Assembly (NCBI GenBank): GCA_048264105.1
Contig: JBLXDJ010000008.1
Coordinates: forward strand, 9,489-73,488
Source of the DNA: Oceanospirillum sp.
GTDB taxonomy: Bacteria; Pseudomonadota; Gammaproteobacteria; Pseudomonadales; Halomonadaceae
Reading direction: 5' to 3'
DNA: 64,000 nt
This document shows positions 41,661-55,354 of the stretch, in pieces (the stretch's first letter is position 1; the number at the start of each line of letters is the position of its first letter). The notes below the pieces were generated by a model. It was not told where the DNA came from, searched no databases, and saw only the letters and a program-made list of their open reading frames with translations. The translations under genes and the position numbers were made by a program.

Positions 41661-42071
41661 ATGGCAGATGAAAATCAGGAACTGAAAAAAGCAGGTCTGA
41701 AAGTAACCCTACCGCGCATTAAGATTCTTCAGCTGTTGGAAAATGCTGAAGCGCACCATATGAGTGCCGAGGATGTTTATAAAGCGCTGCTGGAAGCGGG
41801 AGAGGATGTTGGCCTGGCTACCGTGTACCGCGTTCTGACTCAGTTTGAGTCCGCAGGTTTGGTGGTTCGTCATAACTTTGATGGCGGTCATGCGGTGTTT
41901 GAGCTGGCGAAGGATGAGCATCACGACCATATCGTCTGTGTTGATAGCGGTGAAGTGATTGAGTTCTTTGATCCTGAGATTGAGCGTCGTCAGCATGAGA
42001 TTGTTGCTGAACACGGTTATGAGCTGGTGGATCACTCGCTGGTACTGTACGTGCGTAAAAAAGACAGCTGA
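41661..42071 (+). CDS. fur: Ferric uptake regulator
   Basis: 136 aa. LKKAGLKVTLPRIKILQLLE, ATVYRVLTQFESAGLV and HHDHIVC are canonical Fur. Confidence 0.96.
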   Translation: MADENQELKKAGLKVTLPRIKILQLLENAEAHHMSAEDVYKALLEAGEDVGLATVYRVLTQFESAGLVVRHNFDGGHAVFELAKDEHHDHIVCVDSGEVIEFFDPEIERRQHEIVAEHGYELVDHSLVLYVRKKDS

Positions 42072-42116
42072 TCAGCCGTATTTCAGCCGTTATGTAAGTG
42101 CCAAAATACTGGCATT

Positions 42117-42156
42117 AAAAAAGCCTGCCCTGATTAAATCAGCGCAGGCTTTTTTG
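42117..42156. terminator. Bidirectional intrinsic terminator (fur / recN)
   Basis: AAAAAAGCCTGC-cctgattaaatcagc-GCAGGCTTTTTT. Confidence 0.8.
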
Positions 42157-42190
42157 TGTCTGTAGCTTTTCGATAAAGGCAGGCGGGAAA

Positions 42191-43876
42191 TCAGGCCTCG
42201 GCTTTCTGGCGGCTGATCTCCAGCATCTCGGCGGCATGAGCCAGCGTCTGTTCGGTCAGATCTACCCCGCCCAGCATTCGGGCCAGTTCCGTGGTTCTGT
42301 CCTGATCCGCCAACCAGTTCATCTGTGAACGGGTGGAGTCTTCGGTGCTGTGCTTACTGATATGCAGATGCTGATCGCCCTGAGCCGCCACCTGAGGCAG
42401 GTGGGTTACCGACAGGATCTGTCCTTTCTTCGCCAGATTGTGCAGCAGCTTGCCGACAATCTCGGCGGTGCCACCACTGATGCCCACATCCACCTCATCA
42501 AATACCAGCGTGGGAATGGTGGAGGTTTGCGCGGTGACCACCTGAATGGCCAGACTGATCCGCGACAGTTCACCACCGGAGGCGATTTTAATCATCGGCT
42601 TGGCGGGTTGGCCGGGGTTGGTGCTGATCAGAAACTCTACATCATCGGTACCGGTTGGCTGGAACTGTTCAGTGCTTTTTATCGAAACTTCAAAGCGGGC
42701 GTTGCTCATGCCCAGTTGTGCCAGTTGCTCGTTGATACTCTGGTTTAGTTTCTGGGCAAACTGCTGGCGCTTCTGGTTCAGTTGCGCGGCATGTTCGCGG
42801 TACTGGTGGGTGAGTTCGTCCAGTTGCTCCGCCAGCTGATCGATGTTCTGGGGGCCGCTTTCAATATTGTCCAGCTCTTCGCGCAGCGCCATGCTGTGGC
42901 TGTACAGCTCTTCCGGTGTGATGTGGTGTTTTCGGGCGAGCTGGTAGATCGATGAGAGACGTCCTTCAACAAACTGCAGGCGTTCCGGGTCAAGTTCACA
43001 GCGTTCGATAAAGAAGCTGAGTTCCCGGGAGGCTTCCTCGACCTGAATCAGGGCGTCATTCAGCATCTGAGCGATATCCGCAAGGCGCGGGTCCTGAGAC
43101 GGAATCTGGCTCAGGCGCTGGCAGGCGTGATTCAGTGCCGGACGGGCACCGCCATCATCGCCATCGCACAGGTCCAGTGTCGCCTGACCTTCGGAAATCA
43201 GGGTTTCGGCATTGGCCAGTTCCTGTTGCTCGTTTTCCAGCTCCTGCAGTTCGCCCTCTTCAAGACCCAGTTGTTCCAGTTCTTCCACCTGATAGCGCAG
43301 CAGCTCAAGCCGAGCCTGCTGTTCACTGTCCTGGGTTTTCAGTTGTTCCAGTTGTTTGCGAACCTGTTGCCACTCTTTATAAAGCAGGCGCTGATGGCTG
43401 ACGTCTTCGGTGAGGTGACCGAACTCATCCAGCAGTACCAGATGGGTTTCTTTACGCAGCAGTGACTGGTGCTCATGCTGGCCGTGAATGTCGATCAGGT
43501 GGCTGCCCAGCTGTTTCAGCAGTTGGGCGGAGCAGGGTTGGCCATTGATCCAGGCTTTGGAGCGACCATTCGCATGAATCACACGGCGAAGTACGCATTC
43601 ACACTCATGCTCTTCATCGGTCAGTTCCTGCTCCTGCAGCCAGCGTTGAGCCTGAGGCAGAACGGTAATATCAAAGTGCGCATGAATCTCGGCTTTGGCC
43701 GCGTCGTGACGAACACTGTCGGCGTCGGCGCGATCGCCTAAAGCCAGCCCGAGGGCATCCAGCAGGATCGATTTACCGGCACCGGTTTCACCGGTGATCA
43801 CGGTCATGCCCGGAGGCAGATCCAGTTCCAGATGTTCCACAATGGCCAGATTGTTGATCGCTAAGTAGGTCAGCAT
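42191..43876 (-). CDS. recN: DNA repair protein RecN
   Basis: 561 aa. N-terminal MLTYLAINNLAIVEHLELDL...GETGAGKSI, a central coiled-coil, and a C-terminal ASGGELSRISLAIQV...LVFDEVDVGISG. Confidence 0.96.
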   Translation of the reverse strand: MLTYLAINNLAIVEHLELDLPPGMTVITGETGAGKSILLDALGLALGDRADADSVRHDAAKAEIHAHFDITVLPQAQRWLQEQELTDEEHECECVLRRVIHANGRSKAWINGQPCSAQLLKQLGSHLIDIHGQHEHQSLLRKETHLVLLDEFGHLTEDVSHQRLLYKEWQQVRKQLEQLKTQDSEQQARLELLRYQVEELEQLGLEEGELQELENEQQELANAETLISEGQATLDLCDGDDGGARPALNHACQRLSQIPSQDPRLADIAQMLNDALIQVEEASRELSFFIERCELDPERLQFVEGRLSSIYQLARKHHITPEELYSHSMALREELDNIESGPQNIDQLAEQLDELTHQYREHAAQLNQKRQQFAQKLNQSINEQLAQLGMSNARFEVSIKSTEQFQPTGTDDVEFLISTNPGQPAKPMIKIASGGELSRISLAIQVVTAQTSTIPTLVFDEVDVGISGGTAEIVGKLLHNLAKKGQILSVTHLPQVAAQGDQHLHISKHSTEDSTRSQMNWLADQDRTTELARMLGGVDLTEQTLAHAAEMLEISRQKAEA

Positions 43877-44142
43877 CAGTGCATCCTCGCGCCGGCCGGT
43901 TCTGCCGGTAATAAAAAGACGTTTCAGGTCTCGCTGTTCAGGCGTTGTTTCGGAGATGTTGTCTCAGCTGCCGTGGCTGCTAAAACGAATATGGCTATTT
44001 ATACAGTATTTTTGCTGTAAGGAGCAAATGCTGTGAATCACCTGAGAAACAGTATTCATGCTGCTTTAGGCGTAGCGGTATCCGTTTCAGCGGCTTTTTT
44101 TAATCAAAAACACAGTTTATAGGGAATTAGCCCTGAAAAAGG

Positions 44143-44170
44143 GTTGAAAAAAAAGTGGCTAACCCAATAT
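44143..44170 (+). promoter_or_regulatory. Sigma32-type heat-shock promoter of grpE
   Basis: GTTGAAA-N13-CCCAATAT, compared with the consensus CTTGAAA-N13-15-CCCCATNT. It overlaps the upstream part of the ORF-track reading frame, which supports the ATG at 44219 as the true start. Confidence 0.6.
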
Positions 44171-44218
44171 AGCCAAGCAATTGGTGATAACAGATCTGAA
44201 GCGAGAGAAGCAGACGAA

Positions 44219-44800
44219 ATGACAACTGAAGAGCAGAAAAAGACCGCACAGGAAGAACTGGATCAGGCTCAGCAGACCGCCGAAGAGGCGCAGGCTGAAC
44301 AGGAAAATCTTGTTGAGGGCGATGTGGTAGAAGAAGCCGCAGAATCTGATGCTGTTGCCGAACTGGAAGAACAGCTGGCTCAGGCTAAAGATCAGGTGCT
44401 GCGTGCTCACGCTGATGCTCAGAATGCCCGTCGTCGTGCTGAACAGGATGTTGAAAAAGCGCATAAGTTTGCTCTGGAGAAGTTCACAAAAGAACTACTG
44501 CCAGTACTGGACAGCCTTGAGCGTGCGGTAGAAGCGTTTGATCAGAACGAAGCACCGGAAGCACTGCGCGAAGGTGTTGAAATGACCCTGAGCATGTTTG
44601 TCAGCACGCTGGGCAAATTCAATGTTGAGCAGCTGAACCCGCAGGGCGAACCCTTCGATCCTCAGTTCCATGAGGCGATGTCTATGGTTCCTAACCCAGA
44701 GGTTGAGCCAAACACTGTTATTGCCTGTATGCAGAAAGGTTACCTGCTGAACGGTCGCCTGGTTCGTCCGGCGATGGTGATGGTTGCAAAAGCGCCTTAA
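44219..44800 (+). CDS. grpE: Nucleotide exchange factor GrpE
   Basis: 193 aa starting at [36 protein letters not shown] and [14 protein letters not shown] are canonical. Confidence 0.93.
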   Translation: MTTEEQKKTAQEELDQAQQTAEEAQAEQENLVEGDVVEEAAESDAVAELEEQLAQAKDQVLRAHADAQNARRRAEQDVEKAHKFALEKFTKELLPVLDSLERAVEAFDQNEAPEALREGVEMTLSMFVSTLGKFNVEQLNPQGEPFDPQFHEAMSMVPNPEVEPNTVIACMQKGYLLNGRLVRPAMVMVAKAP

Positions 44801-44839
44801 CCCGCAGCGAAAAAATCTGCAAAAAATTAAATTGCAGGC

Positions 44840-44867
44840 CTTGAAAGAAAATATGAAGGCCGCATAT
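44840..44867 (+). promoter_or_regulatory. Sigma32-type heat-shock promoter of dnaK
   Basis: CTTGAAA-N13-CCGCATAT, ~90 nt upstream of the dnaK ATG. Confidence 0.65.
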
Positions 44868-44953
44868 AGCAGTTAAATGCAAAGAAAAGTGGCGAAAAGC
44901 ACAGCTAAAGCCGCTAACTCTACAGAATTAGATTGAAAGACCGGAGAAGAATT

Positions 44954-46885
44954 ATGGGCCGCATTATCGGTATCGACTTAGGTACAACCAACTCTTGTGT
45001 TGCTGTAATGGATGGCGAAAAAGCTAAGGTGATTGAGAACGCTGAAGGCGATCGCACCACCCCATCGATTATCGCATTTACTGAAGACAACGAGATTCTG
45101 GTAGGTCAGTCGGCTAAGCGTCAGTCGGTAACTAACCCGAACAACACTCTGTTTGCGGTTAAGCGTCTGATCGGCCGTCGGTTCGAAGACGATGTTGTAC
45201 AGAAAGACATCAAAATGGTGCCTTACTCCATCGTTAAAGCGGACAACGGTGACGCTTGGGTTGAAGTAAAAGGCGACAAGAAAGCGCCACCACAGATCTC
45301 TGCAGAAGTTCTGAAGAAAATGAAGAAAACTGCAGAAGACTATCTGGGTGAAGAAGTAACTGAAGCGGTAATTACCGTTCCTGCATACTTCAACGACTCC
45401 CAGCGTCAGGCGACTAAAGACGCCGGTAAGATCGCAGGTCTGGAAGTAAAACGTATCATCAACGAGCCAACCGCTGCTGCACTGGCATACGGTATGGACA
45501 AAGCCCGTGGTGACCGCACTGTAGCGGTATACGATCTGGGTGGTGGTACGTTCGATATCTCTATCATCGAAATCGCTGAAGTAGACGGCGAGCACCAGTT
45601 CGAAGTACTGGCGACTAACGGTGACACCTTCCTGGGTGGTGAGGATTTCGACCTGGCAGTGATCAACTACCTGGCCGACGAATTCAAGAAAGATTCAGGT
45701 ATCGATCTGCACAACGATCCTCTGGCACTGCAGCGTCTGAAAGAAGCCGGTGAGAAAGCGAAGATCGAACTGTCCAGCAGCCAGCAGACTGACGTTAACC
45801 TGCCGTACATCACTGCAGATGCGACCGGTCCTAAGCACCTGAACGTGAAACTGACCCGTGCGAAGCTGGAATCTCTGGTTGAAGATCTGGTTCAGCGTTC
45901 TCTGGCGCCATGTGAAATCGCGCTGAAAGATGCGGGTCTGTCTACTTCTGAAATTGATGACGTGATCCTGGTGGGCGGTCAGACCCGTATGCCTCAGGTT
46001 CAGGCTAAAGTTGCTGAGTTCTTCGGCAAAGAGCCACGTAAAGATGTTAACCCTGACGAAGCGGTAGCAATCGGTGCGTCTATTCAGGGCGGTGTACTGG
46101 CCGGTGACGTGAAAGACGTACTGCTGCTGGACGTAACCCCTCTGACTCTGGGTATCGAAACTATGGGTGGCGTTGCGACTCCGGTTATCGATAAGAACAC
46201 CACGATTCCTACTAAGAAATCTCAGGTGTTCTCAACCGCTGACGACAACCAGACTGCGGTAACCATTCACGTAGTTCAGGGTGAGCGTAAGCAAGCGACT
46301 CAGAACAAATCTCTGGGCCGTTTCGATCTGGCTGATATTCCACCAGCGCCACGCGGTGTGCCTCAGATCGAAGTAACCTTCGACATCGACGCGAACGGTA
46401 TTCTGAACGTAAGCGCGAAAGACAAGGCGACTGGTAAAGAGCAGTCCATCGTGATTAAAGCATCTTCCGGTCTGTCGGATGATGAAGTAGAACAGATGGT
46501 TCAGGACGCGGAAGCAAACGCTGAAGCGGATAAGAAGTTCGAAGAGCTGGTACAAACCCGTAACCAGGGTGACACCATGCTGCACGCTACCAAGAAAACT
46601 CTGGAAGAAGCGGGCGACAAAGCCACTGCTGAAGAGAAAGAGAAGATCGAAGCGGCGATCAAAGATCTGGAAGAAGCGCTGAAAGGCGATGACGCAGAAG
46701 AGATCAAAGCTAAGACTAACGCTCTGACTGAAGCTTCCGGTGAGCTGGCGCAGAAACTGTACGCCGATCAAGCTGCTGAAGCACAGCAGGGTGAAGGTGG
46801 TCAGCAGGCAGATGCACAGGGTTCTGCAAAAGCAGACGACGTGGTAGATGCTGAGTTTGAAGAAGTGAAAGACGACAAAAAATAA
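44954..46885 (+). CDS. dnaK: Molecular chaperone DnaK (Hsp70)
   Basis: 643 aa starting at the canonical [14 protein letters not shown]. The ORF-track start at 44933 adds 7 residues. Confidence 0.97.
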   Translation: MGRIIGIDLGTTNSCVAVMDGEKAKVIENAEGDRTTPSIIAFTEDNEILVGQSAKRQSVTNPNNTLFAVKRLIGRRFEDDVVQKDIKMVPYSIVKADNGDAWVEVKGDKKAPPQISAEVLKKMKKTAEDYLGEEVTEAVITVPAYFNDSQRQATKDAGKIAGLEVKRIINEPTAAALAYGMDKARGDRTVAVYDLGGGTFDISIIEIAEVDGEHQFEVLATNGDTFLGGEDFDLAVINYLADEFKKDSGIDLHNDPLALQRLKEAGEKAKIELSSSQQTDVNLPYITADATGPKHLNVKLTRAKLESLVEDLVQRSLAPCEIALKDAGLSTSEIDDVILVGGQTRMPQVQAKVAEFFGKEPRKDVNPDEAVAIGASIQGGVLAGDVKDVLLLDVTPLTLGIETMGGVATPVIDKNTTIPTKKSQVFSTADDNQTAVTIHVVQGERKQATQNKSLGRFDLADIPPAPRGVPQIEVTFDIDANGILNVSAKDKATGKEQSIVIKASSGLSDDEVEQMVQDAEANAEADKKFEELVQTRNQGDTMLHATKKTLEEAGDKATAEEKEKIEAAIKDLEEALKGDDAEEIKAKTNALTEASGELAQKLYADQAAEAQQGEGGQQADAQGSAKADDVVDAEFEEVKDDKK

Positions 46886-46909
46886 GTCGCCTTAAGCTAA
46901 GGAATGCAG

Positions 46910-46934
46910 GAACGCGGGAGACTCTCCCGCGTTC
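46910..46934 (+). terminator. Stem-loop between dnaK and dnaJ (partial terminator or processing site)
   Basis: GAACGCGGGA-gactc-TCCCGCGTTC, a 10-bp stem followed by a weak T tract. Confidence 0.45.
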
Positions 46935-46991
46935 TTGTATCCGAACCTTTTTCAGACCCTTCCCTCTTTTATAACCTATGGTTAGCTAGCA

Positions 46992-48131
46992 ATGTCAAAG
47001 CGTGATTACTACGAAGTTCTGGGTGTCTCCAGGGACGATGACGAGAAAGCGATTAAAAAAGCTTACCGTCGCCTGGCGATGAAGTACCACCCGGACCGTA
47101 ACCCAGATGACGAAGAAGCCGCACAAAAATTCCGTGAGGCAACCGAGGCTTACGATGTTCTGACCACCGCTGATAAGCGTGCCGCCTACGATCAGTACGG
47201 CCATGCCGGTGTTGACGGTCAGGCTGGTGGCGGCTTTGGCGGCGCTGGAGCGGGTGGCTTTGGTGATATCTTCGGTGATGTTTTTGGTGACATCTTTGGT
47301 GGCGGCGGTGGTCGTCAGCATGATCCGAATGCGCCACAGCGCGGTTCGGATCTGAGATATCGTCTGGATCTTAATCTGGAAGAAGCGGTACACGGCACAA
47401 CGGTCAGCATTAAAGTGCCGACGTTGGTTGAGTGTGACAGCTGTGACGGAACTGGTTCGGCGGATAACTCCGCACCTGTCACCTGTTCCACCTGTGGCGG
47501 CCATGGTCAGGTGCGTATGCAGCAGGGCTTCTTCTCTGTTCAGCAGACCTGTCCAACCTGTCACGGTCGCGGTTCTCAGATTAAGAACCCATGCCGTAAG
47601 TGTCATGGCGATGGTCGTGTTCAGGAACAGAAAACTCTGTCCGTTAAGATTCCGCCGGGTGTTGATACCGGTGATCGTATCCGTCTGTCCGGTGAGGGCG
47701 AAGCGGGTGCTAACGGTGGTCCGGCGGGCGATCTCTATGTTCAGGTCAGTGTGCGTCAGCATGCGATCTTTGAGCGTGATGGCCGTGATCTGTACTGCGA
47801 AGTGCCGGTATCCTTTGTTGATGCGGCCTTAGGCGGTGAGCTGGAAGTGCCGACACTGGATGGTCGTGTCAATCTGAAGATCCCTGCGGAAACTCAGACC
47901 GGTAAGATGTTCCGTCTGCGCGGTAAGGGTGTTAAGCCGGTTCGCGGCGGTGCTCAGGGGGATCTGATGTGTAAGGTTCTGGTGGAAACGCCGGTGAATC
48001 TGACCGATCGCCAGAAAGAGCTGCTGCGGGAATTCCAGGGCAGTATGGAAGATACCGAAGGCCGTCATTCACCAAAAACCAACAGCTGGTTTGATTCGGT
48101 GAAAAAGTTCTTTGAAGACTTCAAGAACTAA
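46992..48131 (+). CDS. dnaJ: Molecular chaperone DnaJ
   Basis: 379 aa with a J-domain (HPD), a G/F-rich region, and four CxxCxGxG zinc motifs. Confidence 0.97.
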   Translation: MSKRDYYEVLGVSRDDDEKAIKKAYRRLAMKYHPDRNPDDEEAAQKFREATEAYDVLTTADKRAAYDQYGHAGVDGQAGGGFGGAGAGGFGDIFGDVFGDIFGGGGGRQHDPNAPQRGSDLRYRLDLNLEEAVHGTTVSIKVPTLVECDSCDGTGSADNSAPVTCSTCGGHGQVRMQQGFFSVQQTCPTCHGRGSQIKNPCRKCHGDGRVQEQKTLSVKIPPGVDTGDRIRLSGEGEAGANGGPAGDLYVQVSVRQHAIFERDGRDLYCEVPVSFVDAALGGELEVPTLDGRVNLKIPAETQTGKMFRLRGKGVKPVRGGAQGDLMCKVLVETPVNLTDRQKELLREFQGSMEDTEGRHSPKTNSWFDSVKKFFEDFKN

Positions 48132-48313
48132 GCGTTAGAATCAGCGTTCTGCAGGAAGCGATGCCCGGTCAGTGATAGCAGTCTGTTGTCGCTTGTTGGG
48201 CCGCTTCCTGTTTTTATTTCTGGACGGTTCAGTTCTGCGCTTATTGTGGCGTGGTTGAATTGTCCGGTCAGCGTTTTACTTCCCCTGACGGGATATCTGA
48301 TTAGAGGTGAGTT

Positions 48314-49117
48314 ATGGCACCTGTTCAACTGGATTCACAGGCTCTGTGGCGCGAGATTCAAGAGGAAGCGCGTCTGGAAGCGGAGCGTGAACCTTTTCTG
48401 GCGAGTTATTTTCACAGCACCATTATCGGTCACAACGACTTTGCCAGCGCCCTGTCCTATCTGCTGGCGGTTAAACTGGCAGATGATGTGATGCCTGCGG
48501 TCAGTCTGCGAGAACTGATCGAAGAGGCGTTCACCAGTGAGTGTCAGATTATCCGTTCCACCTGTCAGGATATTGTTGCCGTTCGTGAGCGTGATCCCGC
48601 GATCACTCAGCTTTCAACGGTACTGCTCTATCTGAAAGGGTTCCATGCCCTGCAGGCCTATCGTGTTGCGCACTGCATGTGGTGTCATGGTCGTCGCTCC
48701 ATGGCGCTCTATCTGCAAAGCCGTATCAGTCAGGTGTTTCAGGTTGATATTCACCCTGCGGCCAAGATCGGTCGGGGCGTGATGTTCGATCATGCAACCG
48801 GTATTGTGATCGGTGAAACCTGTGTGATTGAAGATGATGTTTCTATTCTGCAGAACGTCACCCTGGGCGGAACCGGTAAAGAAAGCGGTGACCGTCACCC
48901 GAAAATCCGTGAAGGTGTGCTGATTGCAGCCGGTGCTAAAATTTTCGGCAATATCGAGATCGGAGCCGGTGCCCGTATTGGTGGTGGTTCCGTGGTGCTG
49001 AGTGATGTGCCGCCTCATACTACTGCGGTGGGTGTGCCCGCTAAGATTGTCGGCAGCTCCGGCTGTGAAAAACCGGCGCTGGATATGAATCAGCAGATCT
49101 CGGAATCAAAAAGTTAA
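48314..49117 (+). CDS. cysE: Serine O-acetyltransferase
   Basis: 267 aa with an SATase N-domain (LASYFHSTIIGHNDFASALSYLLA) and left-handed beta-helix hexapeptide repeats. Confidence 0.92.
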   Translation: MAPVQLDSQALWREIQEEARLEAEREPFLASYFHSTIIGHNDFASALSYLLAVKLADDVMPAVSLRELIEEAFTSECQIIRSTCQDIVAVRERDPAITQLSTVLLYLKGFHALQAYRVAHCMWCHGRRSMALYLQSRISQVFQVDIHPAAKIGRGVMFDHATGIVIGETCVIEDDVSILQNVTLGGTGKESGDRHPKIREGVLIAAGAKIFGNIEIGAGARIGGGSVVLSDVPPHTTAVGVPAKIVGSSGCEKPALDMNQQISESKS

Positions 49118-49208
49118 GCGCTGGTCGCTGATCCGATTTCGCATCAGAAAGTGTTTGGATATTGGCTTTCTGAGCTACAGAACCCTGTCAGGCGCTCTGC
49201 GTCGTTAA

Positions 49209-50033
<825 letters not shown>

Positions 50034-50186
50034 AGTTTGGTACGCCGCTAACTGGCTGCAGGCCCGATGTTTTCGGACTTTGGCAAAAATTAGGCAAAGG
50101 AAGTCGTGGACGCAGCGGGCTAAATTGCCTAAAATACGGCGGATTACTGGCCAGACTAAGGGCCGGATCACACCAAATTATAAAAA

Positions 50187-50220
50187 AGCGGGATGGAACT
50201 ATGTTTCATCTCGCTTTTTT
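50187..50220 (+). terminator. Terminator-like hairpin in the dapB-carA spacer (dapB terminator and/or carA leader attenuator)
   Basis: AGCGGGATG-gaactatgttt-CATCTCGCT stem (one G-U pair) followed by TTTTTT. A mini-ORF ATGTTTCATCTCGCTTTTTTGCAGCTGTAG (50201-50230) starts inside the loop. Confidence 0.55.
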
Positions 50221-50305
50221 GCAGCTGTAGGCCGGGGTTTTGCAGTAAAAACCCTTACAGTTCAGAGCTTATCAGATCAGAATCGCGCGACGGGAGGAGG
50301 TTGAC

Positions 50306-51451
<1,146 letters not shown>

Positions 51452-51529
51452 CAGTATCTGACACGACCCGGTGAGCCGGGTCAGCGATGCTGAACTGATA
51501 CCAACCGAATTTTTAGTGTGTGAGTGACC

Positions 51530-54500
51530 ATGCCAAAACGTACCGACATAGAAAGTATTCTGATTCTGGGCGCAGGCCCAATCATCATTGGTCAGGCCTG
51601 TGAGTTTGACTATTCCGGCGCACAGGCTTGTAAAGCCCTGCGTGAAGAGGGTTACCGTGTAATTCTGGTGAACTCTAACCCGGCAACCATCATGACTGAT
51701 CCGGCGATGGCTGATGCGACCTACATCGAGCCTATCACCTGGCAGACTGTGGCTAAGATCATCGAAAAAGAGCGTCCGGATGCGGTTCTGCCGACCATGG
51801 GTGGCCAGACCGCACTGAACTGTGCACTGGATCTGGAAAAGCACGGTGTTCTGGCAGAGTTTGGCGTTGAGATGATCGGCGCAAATGCTGACACCATCGA
51901 CAAAGCGGAAAACCGTGATCGTTTCGACCAGGCGATGAAGAATATCGGTCTGGAGTGCCCGCGCGCTGAAATCGTACACACCATGGAAGAAGCCTGGGAT
52001 ACACAGTCCCGTCTGGGCTTCCCGTGCATTATCCGTCCTTCTTTCACCATGGGTGGTACCGGTGGCGGTATCGCGTATAACAAAGAAGAGTTCGAAGAGA
52101 TCTGTACCCGTGGTCTGGACCTGTCGCCAACCAACGAGCTGCTGATCGACGAATCCCTGATCGGCTGGAAAGAGTACGAGATGGAAGTTGTTCGTGACAA
52201 AAACGACAACTGCATCATCGTATGTGCTATCGAAAACTTCGATGCGATGGGTGTACACACCGGTGACTCTATCACCGTTGCACCGGCACAGACTCTGACC
52301 GACAAAGAATACCAGATCATGCGTGACGCCTCTCTGGCGGTACTGCGTGAGATCGGCGTAGAGACCGGTGGTTCCAACGTACAGTTCGGTATGGATCCTA
52401 AGACCGGCCGTATGGTTGTGATCGAGATGAACCCGCGTGTATCCCGTTCTTCGGCGCTGGCATCCAAAGCAACCGGTTTCCCGATCGCTAAGATCGCAGC
52501 CAAACTGGCGGTGGGTTACACCCTGGATGAGCTGCAGAACGATATTACCGGTGGTCGTACTCCGGCGTCTTTCGAGCCGTCTATCGACTACGTGGTTACT
52601 AAGATTCCTCGTTTCACCTTCGAGAAATTCCCGCAGGCCAATGACCGTCTGACCACTCAGATGAAGTCTGTTGGTGAGGTGATGGCGATTGGTCGTACCC
52701 TGCAGGAATCTCTGCAGAAAGCCCTGCGCGGTCTGGAAGTTGGCGTATGCGGTTTTGATCCGATTCTGGACACGTCCGAAGAAGGTCATCTGGAAAAACT
52801 GAAAGGCGAACTGCAGAACCCGGGTGCGGACCGTATCTGGTACATCGGTGATGCATTCCGTCTGGGTATGAGCGTTGATGAGCTTTATGCCGTAACCGGT
52901 GTTGATCCATGGTTCCTGGTTCAGATTGAAGACATCATCAAAGATGAGCAGCGTGTTGCCAAAATGGGCATGGCTGAGCTGACTGAAGATGTGATCTTCC
53001 GCCTGAAGCGTAAAGGTTTCTCTGATGAGCGTCTGGCAAGTCTGCTGGATGTGTCAGAAAAAGAATTCCGTAAGCTGCGTCAGAAAATGGGTGTGCGCCC
53101 GGTTTACAAGCGCGTTGATACCTGTGCGGCAGAATTTGCCTCTGACACCGCTTACATGTACTCCACTTATGAAGAAGAGTGTGAGGCAGAGCCAACCAAC
53201 CGTGAGAAGATCATGGTTATCGGTGGCGGCCCTAACCGTATCGGTCAGGGTATTGAGTTTGATTACTGCTGTGTACACGCAGCACTGGCAGCGCGCGAAG
53301 ATGGTTACGAAACCATCATGGTGAACTGTAACCCGGAAACGGTTTCCACCGACTACGACACGTCTGATCGTCTGTTCTTCGAGCCGATCACGCTGGAAGA
53401 TGTGCTGGAAATTGTTGATAAAGAGCAGCCAAAAGGCGTTATCGTGCAGTTTGGTGGTCAGACGCCACTGAAACTGGCCCGTGAGCTGGAAGCCGCTGGT
53501 GTACCGATTATCGGTACGACTCCTGATGCGATCGATCGTGCAGAAGACCGTGAGCGTTTCCAGAAGATGATTGAGCGTCTGGATCTGAAACAGCCGCCAA
53601 ATGCGACGGCCCGTAGTCAGGAAGAAGCTGCGCTGCTGGCTCAGAAGATCGGTTATCCGCTGGTTGTTCGTCCATCCTATGTACTGGGTGGTCGTGCGAT
53701 GGAAATCGTATACAGCGATGAAGAACTGAATCGCTACATGACCTCTGCGGTTAAAGTATCCAACGACAGCCCTGTGCTGCTGGATCACTTCCTGAATGCA
53801 GCGATCGAGATCGACATTGATGCCGTATCCGATGGTAAGCAGGTTGTGATCGGTAGTGTGATGCAGCACATTGAGCAGGCGGGTGTTCACTCCGGTGACT
53901 CAGCATGTTCTCTGCCTCCGTACAGCCTGCCATCTGATGTACAGGATCAGATGCGTGATCAGGTTAAGCGTATGGCGCTGGAGCTGGGTGTTGTTGGTCT
54001 GATGAACGTTCAGCTGGCTTGGCAGGACGGCGAGATCTACGTGATCGAGGTTAACCCTCGTGCATCCCGTACTGTACCGTTCGTGTCCAAGTGCATCGGC
54101 ACCTCGCTGGCGAAAGTGGCGGCACGTTGCATGACAGGTATCTCTCTGGAAGAGCAGGGCTTCACCAAAGAGATCGTACCGACTCTGTACAGCGTGAAAG
54201 AAGCGGTATTCCCGTTCAATAAATTCCAGGCGGTTGACCCGATTCTCGGCCCTGAGATGAAGTCTACCGGTGAAGTGATGGGCGTTGGTGATACCTTCGC
54301 TGAAGCTTTCCTGAAGTCTCAGCAGGGTGCTGGTGAGCAGCTGCCTCAGAACGCAGGTCGTGCAATTCTGAGTGTTCGCGAAGCGGATAAAGCCGCCGTT
54401 GTTGATGTGGCGAAGTCGCTACAGAAACTGGGCTTTGAGCTGCTGGCAACACGCGGTACTGCTAAGGTTCTGGAAGACGCAAATATTCCGGTTGAAGTTG

Positions 54501-54754
54501 TTAACAAGGTAAATGAAGGTCGTCCTCACCTTGTTGATATGCTGAAAAATGATGAAGTGGCGTACATTGTGAACACCACTGAGGGCCGTAAGGCGATTGC
54601 AGATTCTTCTACAATCCGTCGTACCGCTCTGCAGCATAAAGTGCCTTACACCACGACTCTGGCAGCAGCCCGGGCGGTATGTATGGCTCTGGAATTTGGT
54701 AATGAGATCACGGTACGTCGCCTGCAGGACATCCATTCAGGAGTAAAGGCATGA
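51530..54754 (+). CDS. carB: Carbamoyl-phosphate synthase large subunit
   Basis: 1074 aa starting at the universal MPKRTDI N-terminus (an in-frame GTG lies 6 nt upstream at 51524). Duplicated ATP-grasp halves and an MGS-like C-terminus. Confidence 0.97.
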   Translation: MPKRTDIESILILGAGPIIIGQACEFDYSGAQACKALREEGYRVILVNSNPATIMTDPAMADATYIEPITWQTVAKIIEKERPDAVLPTMGGQTALNCALDLEKHGVLAEFGVEMIGANADTIDKAENRDRFDQAMKNIGLECPRAEIVHTMEEAWDTQSRLGFPCIIRPSFTMGGTGGGIAYNKEEFEEICTRGLDLSPTNELLIDESLIGWKEYEMEVVRDKNDNCIIVCAIENFDAMGVHTGDSITVAPAQTLTDKEYQIMRDASLAVLREIGVETGGSNVQFGMDPKTGRMVVIEMNPRVSRSSALASKATGFPIAKIAAKLAVGYTLDELQNDITGGRTPASFEPSIDYVVTKIPRFTFEKFPQANDRLTTQMKSVGEVMAIGRTLQESLQKALRGLEVGVCGFDPILDTSEEGHLEKLKGELQNPGADRIWYIGDAFRLGMSVDELYAVTGVDPWFLVQIEDIIKDEQRVAKMGMAELTEDVIFRLKRKGFSDERLASLLDVSEKEFRKLRQKMGVRPVYKRVDTCAAEFASDTAYMYSTYEEECEAEPTNREKIMVIGGGPNRIGQGIEFDYCCVHAALAAREDGYETIMVNCNPETVSTDYDTSDRLFFEPITLEDVLEIVDKEQPKGVIVQFGGQTPLKLARELEAAGVPIIGTTPDAIDRAEDRERFQKMIERLDLKQPPNATARSQEEAALLAQKIGYPLVVRPSYVLGGRAMEIVYSDEELNRYMTSAVKVSNDSPVLLDHFLNAAIEIDIDAVSDGKQVVIGSVMQHIEQAGVHSGDSACSLPPYSLPSDVQDQMRDQVKRMALELGVVGLMNVQLAWQDGEIYVIEVNPRASRTVPFVSKCIGTSLAKVAARCMTGISLEEQGFTKEIVPTLYSVKEAVFPFNKFQAVDPILGPEMKSTGEVMGVGDTFAEAFLKSQQGAGEQLPQNAGRAILSVREADKAAVVDVAKSLQKLGFELLATRGTAKVLEDANIPVEVVNKVNEGRPHLVDMLKNDEVAYIVNTTEGRKAIADSSTIRRTALQHKVPYTTTLAAARAVCMALEFGNEITVRRLQDIHSGVKA

Positions 54755-55227
54755 CCCGTTATCCGATGACTGTCGAAGGTGAGCAACGCCTTCGTACAGA
54801 ACTTGAAGATCTGAAAACGGTTCAGCGTCCACGGGTTATTGAAGCGATTGCTGAAGCCCGTGAGCACGGTGACCTGAAAGAGAATGCTGAATACCATGCG
54901 GCTCGTGAGCAGCAGGGCTTTATCGAAGGCCGTATTCAGGAGCTGGAAGGCAAGCTGTCGACCGCTCAGGTGATTGATATCACTTCGATTCCGAAAAGCG
55001 GCAAGGTTATCTTTGGTTCAACAGTTGATCTGTACAACCTGGATACCGAAGCTGAAGTACGCTATCAGGTTGTGGGTGATGATGAAGCGGATATCAAAGC
55101 CGGAAAGATTTCGGTGAATTCGCCTATCGCACGCGCGCTGATCGGCAAGGAAGAGGGTGACGTCGTCGTGGTGGTAACACCGGGCGGCGAGGTGGAGTAC
55201 GAGATTTCGGAAGTACACCACATCTAA
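54751..55227 (+). CDS. greA: Transcription elongation factor GreA
   Basis: 158 aa. [18 protein letters not shown]...[23 protein letters not shown] overlap with carB. Confidence 0.96.
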   Translation: MTRYPMTVEGEQRLRTELEDLKTVQRPRVIEAIAEAREHGDLKENAEYHAAREQQGFIEGRIQELEGKLSTAQVIDITSIPKSGKVIFGSTVDLYNLDTEAEVRYQVVGDDEADIKAGKISVNSPIARALIGKEEGDVVVVVTPGGEVEYEISEVHHI

Positions 55228-55258
55228 AAAATAAGGGGGCTGATGCCCCCTTATTTAG
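55226..55258. terminator. Bidirectional intrinsic terminator (greA / yhbY)
   Basis: AAAAAATAAGGGGGC-tga-TGCCCCCTTATTT. Confidence 0.85.
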
Positions 55259-55354
55259 TTTCTACCGTAGAACATCTGTGCAGCAGGAAAAGTGTGGCTA
55301 TTGCTCACCGCCTGATCCGTGTCTGCAGATGTTTGACGCTTCAGATCGTGATGC

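Noticed and set aside
43990-44025. Possible LexA (SOS) box upstream of recN: TATACAGTATTTTTGCTGTAAG.
   Set aside because: The half-sites are in the wrong order (ACAG-N8-CTGT instead of CTGT-N8-ACAG). No 16-mer in 43877-44143 matches CTGT-N8-ACAG at more than about half of the core positions. I therefore cannot support an SOS box from sequence alone.
50080-50304. 74-aa basic ORF immediately upstream of carA.
   Set aside because: It is Lys/Arg-rich and low-complexity, runs through a terminator hairpin and into the carA RBS, and has no RBS of its own. The region is better read as a leader or terminator.
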